From positions 4,030,001-4,094,000 of the forward strand of contig OZ024746.1 in NCBI GenBank assembly GCA_964016885.1: DNA of 64,000 bases. The letters run 5' to 3'. Every line of letters starts with the position of its first letter. Position 1 is the first letter of the stretch. Positions 27,771 to 41,275 of the stretch are shown piece by piece. Source of the DNA: Eledone cirrhosa (taxonomy: Eukaryota). Under the pieces are notes generated by a model. It had not been told where the DNA came from. It saw only the letters and a list, made by a program, of their open reading frames with translations, and searched no databases. A program made the position numbers and the translations under genes.

Positions 27771-28376
27771 AATCAATGTTACTCTAATTAATGTTGGATA
27801 ATAATGTACAACCAAAATAAATATGGCCGTTTTTTTCCTTCGATAACATCGCACTTACTTTTTAACTGTCAAGTTCAACCTCATATTTCATCAATATTTC
27901 AAAATGTCTGTCATAAAAAAAAAATATACACAAAAAACTAAAATATAGTAGTTTAATTTGTTATTTATCTGACATAATTAGGTCTTACAAAACATAAAAC
28001 TAAAAGAGAAGATGGTTATATATAAATTGGGTGAGCAAAAAGAAGCGTTTCATTTACGGAGGGTGATAGGATTTCGTCCTTGCTGTTTTAATCTATAATC
28101 TTTTAATCTTGTCGTAGTGGGTTTTTTCCACCACCTCTTCACCCTCAACATACACTCATACAAAACAGTTATCTCTATATCACCATAGCTGTATTTCCAT
28201 CTGCCTATCTCTTCTATCTGTCTATCCGTATATCATATATGTTAGTGTCGGCTGTATAGCACAATACACGACCGCATAATTGGCTGATAATAATTCCTCC
28301 ATATGGCACATCATTTTACTTGCCAGCAAATAGAATGTAGAATACACTTTACATTTTGGCTTTATAATCGATCCCT

Positions 28377-28440
<64 letters not shown>

Positions 28441-28530
28441 TTTATGAAGACCATATATGTATACTGTGTGTGTGTGTGTATATGACTGTAGTTATATCAT
28501 TTATATATATGTATATATATATATATATAT

Positions 28531-28739
28531 GAACAAGTATGACCCCGACGGCAGAGCTCAAGCCGTTTCGACGGCTAATTCTGGACGTCCAGAATTCTGC
28601 GTCCCGAATTAGCCGTCGAAACGGCTTGAGCTCTGCCGTCGGGGTCATACTTGTTCCTATTACCCACTCTACTGCCCTAAGTATTGAGTACTTTGGTGCG
28701 TTATGCTCTATCTGGTTCCTTACCACATTTCCTTCGTTA
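28531..28739 (+). mobile_element. Family A fold-back element
   Basis: Inverted arms; centre contains palindromic aattctggacgtccagaatt; TA-rich flanks. Confidence 0.8.
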
Positions 28740-28764
28740 TATATATTTTATATGCACATTCTAT

Positions 28765-28814
<50 letters not shown>

Positions 28815-29563
28815 TATATATATATATATATATATATAGTATATATATATATGAACGTATCGACATGTTAGCTGCACTTGTGTGGCTGAACAAGGATCAG
28901 ACTTTATAGAACAACAGATAATAGATGTTTAAGGGGACGTGTGGAAAGTTATCTACAATGTTGATATATACGGAGAGAAAACTGATTTGTGGAGATTTCT
29001 CCAGCAAACTTCCACATCAACCCCACATACACACTCTTACACACACACACGCACATACACGCTCTTGCACACACACACACGCTCTAACACACAAACACAA
29101 ACACTTTTGCACACACACACACGCTCTAACACATACACACAAACACTTTTGCACACACACACACGCTCTAACACACAAACACAAACACTTTTGCACACAC
29201 ACACACACGCTCTAACACATACACAGAAACACTTTTGCACACACAGAGGCTCTTACAGGCACACATATACTCATCACACTCACATACACGTGCTCTTACA
29301 CACAAACACACACACACGCACTTACACACCCACACACGCTCTAACACATACACAAGCTCTATCAGACACACATATACTCATCACACTTACACACACACAC
29401 TCTTACACACACTATTAGACACACACACAAGTACTTACACAAGCACACACACACGCTCTTACACACACACAATCACACACGCTCTTACATGCACACACAC
29501 ACAAATACTTAGACAAACACACACACGCTCCTACACACATATGTATGTTGTTTCATTATTTTA

Positions 29564-29672
29564 TCAAATCCCACCGAGGTTAACTTTGCCTTTCATACTT
29601 ACGGGGGTCGATAAAATAAAGTACCAGTAATACACTGGCTAATTGGTGGCCTTGTGCCAAAAGTAGAAACAG
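29564..29672 (+). mobile_element. Nin/Deu-core SINE, 3' part
   Basis: Family match. Confidence 0.8.
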
Positions 29673-29772
29673 TTATTTTATCAATTGTTATCGGTGGAGA
29701 GAGCGAGAGACGGTTTATATATAACATAGACACATTGCAATTTAGAAATCATCAACTAGGTAAATATGTCTG

Positions 29773-29835
<63 letters not shown>

Positions 29836-29895
29836 GTATGGATATTATTGCATGTGTGGATATGGATGTTATTGTATGTGTGCATATGTATGTAT

Positions 29896-30131
29896 CAGGG
29901 GTGGTGCAAGCATTTCTGAATTGGTGTGAGGGGAGGGGCCAAATTTGGACAATTTAGTTGTAGTGATTAGTTTAGCTGTTTGTACTCTAACATGGTCAGA
30001 AAACTGCGATGTGCGATAAAATAACATAAATTGTAGCACATATCCAAATAGATGTGTGTTTTGGTAGTTTGGAGAGAAAATATAATTATTGGAGGGGCCA
30101 TGTCCCTCCCCCCCTCCCAGTTCCACCGCCA
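29896..30131. mobile_element. Possible Harbinger-like MITE
   Basis: G-rich left end caggggtggtgc and C-rich right end ccaccgcca; imperfect. Confidence 0.35.
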
Positions 30132-30132
30132 C

Positions 30133-30165
<33 letters not shown>

Positions 30166-30470
30166 TATTATGCTCTGTGCCCTTTCCTAATGGGGTTAAT
30201 ATAGAAACTGGTATTATACCCAATTTATTCATCTCCTATATATACATAGAGAGAGAGGTAGAACACTGGAAGGTAATGTCCGTAGTGGTGGAGCACTCAG
30301 TCCATGGGACGCGTTCATACGGTTGTTCTTCCTGTTCCGTATAACCATGACCAGTCCGAGCTGAAAATCCGCATAAGGTGAAACAATTGTTCTCAGTTCG
30401 GTATGGTGAACTAACTGTTGTGTTACTACTACTTCTTCTATATATATATATATAATATATATATATGTGT

Positions 30471-30728
30471 GTATAAATATTTCGTATCTCCAAAGAAATA
30501 CGGTTTTAGGAAGCCGTAGCTATGCAAACACCGGGGAGCTAACGCCCTCTGGTGTTGTCCAGCAGAAGCAAGGGGAACAACCGTCTATGCATTTTAGGCT
30601 TAATTGGCCACCGTCAGGACGGTCCCCCGGTGTTTGCATAGCTACGGCTTCCTAAAACGGTATTTCTTTGGAGATACGAAATATTTATACATATTGTATA
30701 AAGCTATGCTTGAAGCGAAATCCTATTT

Positions 30729-30731
<3 letters not shown>
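30471..30731. mobile_element. Asymmetric fold-back element between TA tracts
   Basis: ~66-bp near-perfect arms (30471-30537 / 30624-30690) plus ~40-bp tail. Confidence 0.7.
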
Positions 30732-30800
<69 letters not shown>

Positions 30801-30801
<1 letters not shown>

Positions 30802-31176
30802 AGAGGTTATATTTAATTTGTTGGGATACAACAAGCAAAATATTTTTATAACTGATATAAAGCACTCAACAAATTATTGGAGTAAATATACAATATATTA
30901 ACAAATGGAAACTATATTTATAAAACCATATTTATTTCATTATACATATTTCAAGGGCCACCAAAGCAAACTATGGTGCGCTTTCATCAGATAAAATATA
31001 ATATAGGTTAGTTTTATAAATAAATATTGACATACCCTGAAAAATGCAACCATTCTGGTTGGAATCTAAAACTAACCTATATTATATTTTATCTGATGAA
31101 AGCGCACCATAGTTTGCCTTGGTGGCCCTTGAAATATGTATAATGAAATAAATATGGTTTTATAAATATAGTTTCC
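30801..31176. mobile_element. Family B fold-back element with a hammerhead motif in each arm
   Basis: Arms ~30887-31013 / 31069-31176; plus strand tattttat-CTGATGA-aag...ctt-GAAA-tatgta-TA-atgaaata. Confidence 0.8.
31085..31150 (+). ncRNA. Minimal type I hammerhead ribozyme motif
   Basis: Intact CUGAUGA/GAAA/UH core; stem I tattttat:atgaaata; near-palindromic short stem III. Confidence 0.7.
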
Positions 31177-31188
31177 ATTTGTTAATAT

Positions 31189-31271
<83 letters not shown>

Positions 31272-31779
31272 CATTCATTTATTATGGCTATTTGTTAGCG
31301 TTCTTACTCTAAAGTTTCACCTGTGTACTCACACGATCACCAGTCCTGTCTGGTGAGTACGAAGGTGGGTCTCCAGAGTAACAAATCTTAGCCATAATAA
31401 ATGAATATTTAAACTCTACTTCGGTATTGAGTTTTAATTCTTACGTCCGTCAATACTTCACGTACTCCCGGGTTTTATCCCCCCCCCCCCCTCCCACTTA
31501 TTAAATGTTGCTAATCTACCTCCGGCCATTCATATTGATACAGCAGCTGGAGAATCTCATAGTAATTTTATAAAAGAACATTACAAGAAATCCCATATTT
31601 ACCAACGTAGACTATAGAATTATTGATTTCCTTACCCCCTCCCCCGAAGAATGCGAGGAAGATGATCAATTTCAGGAACTAGACGAGGGTGACAGGAAAT
31701 GAAGATGACTGTAGTCATGGTTTTATAAGATTTGAAAGTGATTAAAATTTTGATAGCGTCAACAGCGTTAATTCCCCTT

Positions 31780-31862
31780 AATTTTATTTTTCCTGGATAT
31801 TCATGTTAAATCTAGAGTACGTCCTATATTCCGGCACGTCTTATGTTCCGAAAAATACGGTA
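31780..31862. mobile_element. Tigger/pogo-like terminal fragment
   Basis: Ends in ccgaaaaatacggta, the reverse complement of TACCGTATTTTTCGG. Confidence 0.5.
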
Positions 31863-31969
31863 TATATATGTATGTAAATGGTAAAGAGAAATAACAACAC
31901 AATCGGTACAGTATATGGAAGGGATATATTAGGTTAACGCTTGATATAACAGGAAGAGGGTCTTAACGT

Positions 31970-32019
<50 letters not shown>

Positions 32020-32102
32020 CTCTTTTACCTGTTTCAGCCATCCGGCTGAGGCCATGCTGGGGCACCGCCCTTGAATATATATATATATATATATATATAA
32101 AT

Positions 32103-32289
32103 GAAAAAGTATGACACCGACGGCAGAGCTCAAGCCGTTTCGACGGCTATTTCTGAACTGAAATAGCCGTCGAAACGGCTTGAGCTCTGCCGTCGGGTCA
32201 TACATTTTCCTATTACCCACTCTACTACCCTAAGTATTGAGTACTCTGGTGCGTTATGGTCCATCTGGTTCCTTACCACAACTCCTTCG

Positions 32290-32292
<3 letters not shown>
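32103..32292 (+). mobile_element. Family A fold-back element
   Basis: Same arms and tail as 19601-19790; (TA)n flanks. Confidence 0.8.
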
Positions 32293-32334
<42 letters not shown>

Positions 32335-32344
32335 TGAATATTGA

Positions 32345-32516
32345 TTTCGACACAAGGCCAGCAATTTGCTGGGAGGTAAAAGTGGATTAAATTGACCCAT
32401 TGTATTACTGGTATTTTATCGAACCCATAGGGATGAAAGACAAAGCTAAGTTCAGCGGGATTTGAATGCAAAGCATGTTGTCCGACGCTCTACTGATTCT
32501 GCCAATCCACCGCCCT
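32345..32516 (-). mobile_element. Diverged Nin/Deu-core SINE
   Basis: Family match. Confidence 0.7.
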
Positions 32517-33264
32517 TATAAGGTTGACTATTGAAAACAAATATTACAATGTTTTGTACTTGAATGAATCCATCGTTTTACGACCGTTTCAATGGGAAAA
32601 TACACTAATATATAATCGATAAACCGCTGAATCGATAGCAGTTATACAACTGTATACTATTAGATTCGATAAAATGCATCCATGCTGCAGCTTATCACGA
32701 GGAACGCTACCTGCAATCGACTAGTCAATATATCGATAATATTCTATTTTGCTTTTTTGAAATAATGTCTTTGTTTTTCATTGTTCAACCTTATACATCT
32801 GACTCAGTAGGTTTTGAATCCTCAACATCTAATAAGATATATATCCGTGTGGTTGACGGCTGAGAGAAAAGAGTACTCAATACCAAGTAGAGTTTAATAT
32901 TCATTTTATTAAGGCTAAATAGTAAATTTTGTTGCTCTGGAGTTTCTCTGTATATCACAGGGTCATCAGACGAGAACTCAAAAGTAACAAGATTTATTAT
33001 TTATCCTTAATGAAATGTAACAGGAATAAATATATGTATATAAATATATATTACAAAGAAGAGAGACGGTTTTATGTATAATCCTCTGTTTATTATATAT
33101 ATAACGGGCTCTTCTCAAGATCCTGTTAAGGGTGAAAGCAGCGATTCTTTGCTTAAACTTTAATGTTATTTTAATAAATATTTGCCTTACGGTTCTTATA
33201 TATTTGATATATATTTATCCTTATCGAGCCCTCTTTGGATTTTAGTCTTCGCATTTATTATTAT

Positions 33265-33316
<52 letters not shown>

Positions 33317-33719
33317 ATGTGTGTGTGTGTGTGTATACACGTTTGCTTATCCCTGTTTCATGAGGCGTTAAGCGACTAAGTGTTGGGCGGTTGGACGAGC
33401 CGCCGGACCATTGTTTAACACCTAGTTACTACTGGCAACCGCTTTCAGTTGAATGGAGAAACTTGAAATGAAATTACCTTTACAGGGATACATGTGTGCA
33501 TGTTTGTGTGTGTGCATGTTTGTGTGTTTGTGTGCATGTTTGTGTGTTTGTGTGCATGTTTGTGTGTTTGTGTGCATGTATATGTATTGTGTGTATGTGT
33601 ATGTATTGTTGTCGTATTTGTGCTTACGTAAAGTATGGTCATTAAAAAAGATAGGCTGATAAAATAAATACCTGACTGAAAGAAGGAGTGTGTGGTTGTG
33701 ATTAATTGAAACCTTAAAT

Positions 33720-34195
33720 GTTGTGATTCGGAGAAGTACCTGGAGTGAGTCTCTGGTCTCCGAACGTTACTCCAAAGATTCTTCGGAGAAACTCCATTTC
33801 GGCCACCTGTATTCACGATCGTATTCTTTCGGTCAATACACAAGATTCATGACCATAGTTAAGGGTTGGCATGAATATCGAGTTTGGCTTCTACACCTAC
33901 CTCCCTTCTTCTGATGACCGAATGCTGAAGCTGGCGCATTACTGCAACAGTTCCTACAATTCTTGCACTCAATTCAGTCTCCTGCTTTTCATCACTCGTG
34001 AACAAGGCCGCGAGATACTTGAATTTCTCGATCTGCTTAATGCACTGCACGGGCTTCCTTGAGAGGACGAGTATGTCAGTTTTCGCATCACTGACTTTCA
34101 TTGCTGTTGTGCAGCACTAGGCAGCAAACCTGTCAAATGCAAGTCGGAGATCCCTTTCCGACAAGTTAAATAGTACCATGTCGTCCGTAAATTCC
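33720..34195 (-). mobile_element. Degenerate RTE-clade RT fragment
   Basis: DDMVL, IEKFKYL...FTSD, YGHESCVLTERIRSRIQVAEMEFLRRI, with stops and frameshifts. Confidence 0.8.
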
Positions 34196-34544
34196 AGCCG
34201 ACTCTTCCTTCTTGGGTTATATTAAATTATTTGAGTGCACTAACCACACTATATGAGGACATTAACTTTACAACCTACGATGGCTCCTTAGATTACATTC
34301 GATGTTAGCTTTGTTGTACAACCAACTACTACTGTGTCACATGAAACTGTACATTGCAACGGTAATAAAAACCCAAATCAGTTCTGCTCGCCAAATATCC
34401 ACGTGATCAACTTTCTAATTAAAATTCTCTCACCTCTCATCATGACTTTGTCTGGCCTACATATTTTCTTTCTCTCAGTTCAATAATTGTGTTAGTCCGA
34501 TTCAATTCTGATTGAAATATTCAAATCATTGTACTCACATACAT

Positions 34545-34659
<115 letters not shown>

Positions 34660-35768
34660 ACACACACACACACCCCGCCCACACCCACACACAGTCACAC
34701 ACGAACAAACAAACCAATACACAAAGTCTAGAGTGACTAGGCTGAAACCTAAAAGCTCCTTAGATGTTATGAGTCCTTCAGTTTTTATTTACTTTTTCTC
34801 TAGCTGTAGTTAGCTAAAAGAGTGGATACCAGAGGACACGAGAAGCACCTGAATGCCAGGACATCCAACCATTGATTGCTAAGATTCAGACACAGTCAAT
34901 AACATTGTGTTACGTTCCAAGACCTGGCAGTGACAGTTACCCAGTATTACAGCACTTGCAAGAAACTTATCTGAAACGTGAAGAACGTCTCACTATATTG
35001 TACTCTGCTGAATATTTCTGAGCCCAACGAACTGTTGTCGGCTATACTGGTTACTTGTCAAAACCATCACCCCCAGCTTTGTAGAATCTACAATACCTCT
35101 AGTTTTCAAACTCCTACATTGATCATGCAGATGATTTCTTGAAACGATCGTAAAACAATGGATATAGTCCCTCAAATCACTCCGTTGAAAGGGGACACCA
35201 CATCAGATAATGTAGACCTGATGTACACTGAAAAATATAAACATGGGTGTCACTGCTTAACTATTATTGCATTAAATGTCATGTATTGATCCGAAGCTGA
35301 CCTGGGGCTAAACAACAAAAACAATAAAAATAAAACCACCTGGGCCATGGTGTTTTACATTCAGCTTAATAGTACAACAAATCTTGTAGACCTTACGCAT
35401 GTAATACTACTATTACATGCATTTGTAGCGGCGTTCACCCGGGGTGGATTGAGCTGGCTCCAATGAAGGAATTCACGGTGTCTCTTACGAACGCAGACCA
35501 CACACGATGGGCGAAAGCAATTGAATCAATGAGGGCCAACCAATCGCGATTTCAACGGCGTGTACCGAACACACGTGGGCCAAGGTGGATTTCAACGTCG
35601 TTTCCCACAATGTCCAGCCAGGTTTTCAGCTGTCAACCTCAAAATTTGAACCATCCTTGAAGCGGTTGTAGATCAACCGTTTCCTGGTTGACACCAAAGA
35701 GCGTGGAAAAACCAGTTCAGTCGACGACCGCGAAGAATGTTCCCGTTCGGTTTGACGCTGTAACGTGA

Positions 35769-35922
35769 GCGGATCTCTGTAGGACGAGGTGCCGCGGATC
35801 TCTGTATTCGATAGGACGAGGTGCCGCGGATATCTGTAATCGATAGGACGAGGTGCCGCGGATCTCTGTAATCGATAGGACGAGGTGCCGCGGATCTCTG
35901 TAATCGATAGGACTTGGTGCCT
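35769..35922. repeat. GC-rich 32-bp minisatellite, ~4 copies
   Basis: ataggacgaggtgccgcggatctctgtaatcg. Confidence 0.9.
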
Positions 35923-36348
35923 GTGGACACAATGTATGTGGTGAAGATAGAAGTGATGAAATAATTGAAGCTTGTGTAGATCGGTTTAGCAGTTATAGAG
36001 GAGGATTGTGCAGGCAAGGGCTTGGTAGATTCTAATTCTCGCCCTTAATCTAGACAGAAGAGTTCAATACTGGAGCCTGGTATCATTAGAAAAGTAAAAT
36101 AGTGAATATTTTCTAACTCTTTACTATCAGTACTACTATCACTGCATCAGTGTATAATAAAAGTTGTGAAAATATGTAAAATCTATCAACTATTCTGTTT
36201 CTACTGGAATTTAATTCTACTGGAGTAGATATTATCACTCAATTAGGTATACACGCTTGTCTTTTTGAAGATTGTCATAAATATTAAGAACATAAATATA
36301 TATATATATATATATACATACACACATATATATATATATATACGTGTG

Positions 36349-36398
<50 letters not shown>

Positions 36399-36415
36399 CA
36401 CACATACATTCACAC

Positions 36416-36450
<35 letters not shown>

Positions 36451-36488
36451 CATACATACATAAATACATACATACATACATACATACA

Positions 36489-36522
<34 letters not shown>

Positions 36523-37109
36523 CATACATATATACATATATTGATATCAAGTACTCTAACATATGAAGATATGAAACATTCATTATTAATTGATTTATTC
36601 ATTATATATCATAGTGAAAATAATATGTTAATCAATTTTCCGCGTGTTTGGTAACATTTTGACAGACTTGTATGGGACATTTGTAAGAGGTGATCCGTCA
36701 ATGCATATTTAATCTTTACTACAGTGTTAAAACCTACACACCCAAACTGTTAAGTCTAATTGTTTTGAAATGGAAGATGTCCCAAAGCTCATATAAAGTA
36801 CTTCTGGTGAGATACTCTTTTTCGGCTATAAACACCTGTCATTTGATTGATCAATAATGGGTTGAACACATAAAGTGAAAACAGCCAATTTAACTTGTCT
36901 TTACATATATAATTCACTCAAGAAAAAGATGAGCATCACAAGATCTCATTTCTCTCTCATAGATTTGTAAATGTGTGCCAAACTAGTAAATTAATAACAA
37001 GGCTATTATCAGAGGTTAGAAGTGGACTTTCGGAGGGCAAAGTGCATGAACCTATTTCATGTTCCAGTTCTAGTTATTCCACATTGCATACGCTGTAATC
37101 GTAGCAAAT

Positions 37110-37298
37110 TAATTGTTTCTACTTTAGGCACAAGGCCAGCAATTACCAGTACATTACTAGTACTTTATTTCATCGACCCCGTAAGGATGAAAGGCAAAGT
37201 TAACCTCGACGGGATTTGAACTCAGACCGTAAAGGGACGTAACTATGCTAGAAAGCATGGCGTCCGACCCTCTACCAATACTGCCAATTCACTGCCCT
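37110..37298 (-). mobile_element. Full-length Nin/Deu-core SINE with TSD
   Basis: Direct repeat cgtagcaaattaat on both sides. Confidence 0.9.
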
Positions 37299-37576
37299 TC
37301 GTAGCAAATTAATGGTTACAAACCAGTAAAATGTGGTGCAAGGTCAAAGTTGATTAAACCAACTCCACTATTTGACTGGTAATTTATGTTACTGACCGCG
37401 GAATGATGAAAAGAAATGTTAATCTCCGTTGGAACTGAGAAAGTGAAGAGCTAGAACAAAAACCAAAGTATTTTGTTTGACGCTCTAACAACTCTGCCAA
37501 CCCACCACCTTGCTAACGTAACCCCACCCCCACCCCACTCCAGAAAATAAACTATAGAAACATTTATTTATAAGAA

Positions 37577-37734
37577 AAATAAAGCCAAGTTAATATTCAA
37601 ATATTTAATTGTTTCTACTTTTGGCACAAGGCCAGCAATTACCCAATGTATTACTGGTACTACACTGGGTAATTGCTGGCCTTGTGCCAAAAGTAGAAAC
37701 AATTAAATATTTGAATATTAACTTGGCTTTATTT
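37577..37734. repeat. 74-bp inverted duplication of a SINE tail plus flank, 10-bp spacer
   Basis: Arms 37577-37650 and 37661-37734, one mismatch seen. Confidence 0.9.
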
Positions 37735-37897
37735 AAATATTTAATATAAGCTAATTAGCAATGATTATGTGGTGGGGAAAAGACGATAATTATTAATGGC
37801 TAAAGTTATTCGGAAGGGTCCGAAAGACAACTCCATTAGACTTAGTGAAATATAGACTTCATTTTATCAGGCATTGATAAATAGTCATTATTACTTA

Positions 37898-38063
37898 CGG
37901 TGGATTGGCAGTATGCTTTGACGTATAGAGTTACGGCCCTTGCCATTCTGAGTTCAAATCCCGCCGAGGTTAACTTTGTCTTTCATCCTTACGGGGTCGA
38001 TAAAATAAAGTACCAGTAATGCACTGGGTAATTTCTGGTCTTGTGCCAAAAGTAGAAACAATT
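37898..38063 (+). mobile_element. Nin/Deu-core SINE
   Basis: Family match, with a deletion in the head. Confidence 0.85.
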
Positions 38064-38609
38064 ATTACTTACATTTACAGAGAGTGAAACAGTGTATATA
38101 TATATATATAATTTTTTTTCCCACATGCCACCTACATCCACAATACGTATAAACACCACACACACGTGCGTTCCCCCACATATTTACACACTCAGCCTCC
38201 GGAATCCTATCCCCCCTCCCCCACCCCTCTGACCCCTCCCCATCCACACACGCACACACACACCGACCTACACCCCACCCCACACACACCTTTCCTGAAC
38301 ATGGAAACCCGTTCTTCCCCCAACTCTCACATTCACATACACACACACACACGTACACCTACACACACACACCACCTTCAGCTCTCCCCGCTCAGACACC
38401 CCGCCCCTTCTCCCCACTCCACCCGCCACCACCCTTACACGCCTTACAACTTTCCACCACTTGTTTATCTTCATGTTTATTTTTAATTTTACTACGTTTT
38501 TCTATTTATTTTCATTTGTACCCCTTACACCGTTTCCCCTCACCCCCTTTTTTCTAAATGTCTCTCCCCCACTCCCCTACACACCCTTGGAACTCTCTTC
38601 TCACACACT

Positions 38610-38735
38610 TTTCGCCTGAAGAAGGGCTTATGCCCGAAACGTCCCCCCCCCACTCTCAAGAGCGTGAAACTAATAAACCTTTGTTCGTACTGCTTCTCTG
38701 TTTTGTTCCCGTTCCATTTTTCACTATATATATAT
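38610..38735 (+). mobile_element. Penelope-like 3' end with a classic minimal hammerhead core
   Basis: CTGAAGA-a-gggc-ttat-gccc-GAAAC-GTC, downstream AATAAA, ends at (TA)n; stem I partner not evident. Confidence 0.7.
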
Positions 38736-38962
38736 ATATAGTGAAAAATGGAACGAGATGTGAGAAAAACCACAGACCCTCCATCTCAACTCACCTTTTG
38801 AAAAGCAGAAGAACTGCGAAACCGCTAAAGGAACCAAATAAATATATATATTTAAAAAAAAAATAAGACTCCAGTTGCATTTTCGATTTCATCTCTTTTT
38901 CTTTATACTTTCACTCGTGTAGGACACCTCGGTTATTTTTCAATTTGTAAAAAAAACCTCAC

Positions 38963-39030
<68 letters not shown>

Positions 39031-39049
39031 ATATATATATATATATATA

Positions 39050-39340
39050 CGAAATATTTCTGTAGGTAGGAAGGGTAAAGGAAAGGAGAGTGCTCTATGT
39101 ATGCTACAGAGCTATTTCATTATGTAATAAACAAGATAAGACAATTATTCCATTTACCAAAGGTTTCACGAAGAAAGACAAGCTCAACAGAGACGTCTGA
39201 AATCGCTCATCAGAATGAAAATTTAAGATATTAAATTTTCATTCTGATGAGCGATTTCAGACGTATCTGTTGAGCTTGTCTTTCTTCGTGAAACCTTTGG
39301 TAAATGGAATAATTGTCTTATGTTGTTTATTACATAATTA
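39050..39340. mobile_element. Family C fold-back element with a hammerhead in each arm
   Basis: ~105-bp inverted arms centred near 39230; ~70-bp extra tail on the left; TA-rich flanks; second copy at 63608-63846. Confidence 0.8.
39238..39308 (+). ncRNA. Type I hammerhead ribozyme motif
   Basis: ttcatt-CTGATGA-gcga...tcgt-GAAAC-c-ttt-g-GTA-aatgga; all three stems pair. Confidence 0.75.
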
Positions 39341-39361
39341 AATAAATAAATAAATAAATAA

Positions 39362-39427
<66 letters not shown>

Positions 39428-39429
<2 letters not shown>

Positions 39430-39764
39430 AAAGTTATATTTAAATTGTTGGGTTACAACTAGTAAATATTTATAACTGATATAAAAGCACTCAACAAGTA
39501 TTTGGAGTATATTTACGATATTAAATAAATGGAAACTATATTTATAAAACCATATCTATTTCATTATATATATTTCAGGGATATCATATTAACAATATGT
39601 TATGCCTTCCTCAGACAAAATACAATATAGACAGTTTTATAGATAAATAGATTTGACATACCGTTCAACATCGACTTGTAACATATTGTTAATATGATAT
39701 CCCTGAAATATATATAATGAAATAGATATGGTTTTATAAATATAGTTTCCATTTATTTAATATC

Positions 39765-39768
<4 letters not shown>
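39428..39768 (-). mobile_element. Family B fold-back element
   Basis: Long arm with CTGAGGA-agg...cct-GAAA-tatata-TA on the minus strand; inverted short arm 39680-39768. Confidence 0.75.
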
Positions 39769-39806
<38 letters not shown>

Positions 39807-39871
39807 GAACACTGGAGGGTTATATCCGTAGTAGTAGAGGCCTCAGTCCATGCGACATATATTTATATATA

Positions 39872-40147
<276 letters not shown>

Positions 40148-40346
40148 ATTTTACTCTTCTACTAATTTACTGGTTCCAGTTATAATTAGACTGCGGCCAT
40201 GCTGGGGCACCACCTCAAAAAGATTTAGTCGTTCATATTGACCCCAGTGCATATATTGTGTTTCAAATCTGGATGCATTTTTGTCGAATTACCAAAATTA
40301 TGGGACATAAACAGACAGACAGACACACTCCTCCGCTACAGATGTC

Positions 40347-40379
<33 letters not shown>

Positions 40380-40389
40380 GTATATATAT

Positions 40390-40620
40390 ATCACATAAGA
40401 AACGGAGAATCAGTGGTGCGATGAATAAGATTTATTAGACATTTTACAATCGTTTCTCTGGCGACCAGCTCGACGCATGATCGATGCAATGATCAATCCT
40501 GACTCAGAAATCGCAAGATCCTCAGATATGTCTCGATTCTACGAAGCAGACTTTCCAAATCTCCAGTTACACCTGCTGCCTTCACTCGGCAGCTTAGATC
40601 ATGTTGTTTTCATTCTCTCT
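40390..40620 (-). mobile_element. Family D element with a type I hammerhead motif
   Basis: Minus strand: gacatat-CTGAGGA-tcttgcga...tcgccaga-GAAAC-gatt-GTA-aaatgtc, then AATAAA; TA flanks. Confidence 0.7.
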
Positions 40621-40647
40621 ATATATATACTGTGTATATATATATAC

Positions 40648-40682
<35 letters not shown>

Positions 40683-40685
40683 CGG

Positions 40686-40716
<31 letters not shown>

Positions 40717-40870
40717 CACATATATGTATGTATATGTATGTGTATGTGTGTGGGGGTGGGTGGTATGCGTCTATATATAGTGAGGCAGGGAAAATACATA
40801 ATTTCATATAGAAGTCATTTCTATACGGAGCACACACACACACACACACACCACACACACACACACAAAT

Positions 40871-40905
<35 letters not shown>

Positions 40906-41146
40906 AGATTTTATTATCTATCTGGCCTAAGTAAAAACAACACAATGCATTCATCAATATGGTAAGGAAATAACCAAAATCCTTTATCCACATGACAATC
41001 GATTTTGAATGTCCCCACCACACCACCACCACTACACCACACCACACCACACCACACCAGCACTACCAACACCAACACCACACCTATCAGTCATTCTTAT
41101 TGTCCATCAGTACGATTGGTTTAAACATTTCTGTCTGACGCCTTGG

Positions 41147-41275
41147 TTACGTTTCTGACCAACTTCTCACTAAACTTTCACCCCCCCCCCCCTCCTTACG
41201 TTTCTGACCAACTTCTCACTAAACTGTCACCCCCCCCCCTTACGTTTCTGACCAACTTCTCACTAAACTTTTACC
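41147..41275. repeat. ~45-bp tandem repeat x3
   Basis: ttacgtttctgaccaacttctcactaaact...(c)n. Confidence 0.9.

Noticed and set aside
35430-35768. Gypsy protease remnant (RFLVDT)
   Set aside because: Single short motif lacking the DTG glycine and with no supporting context
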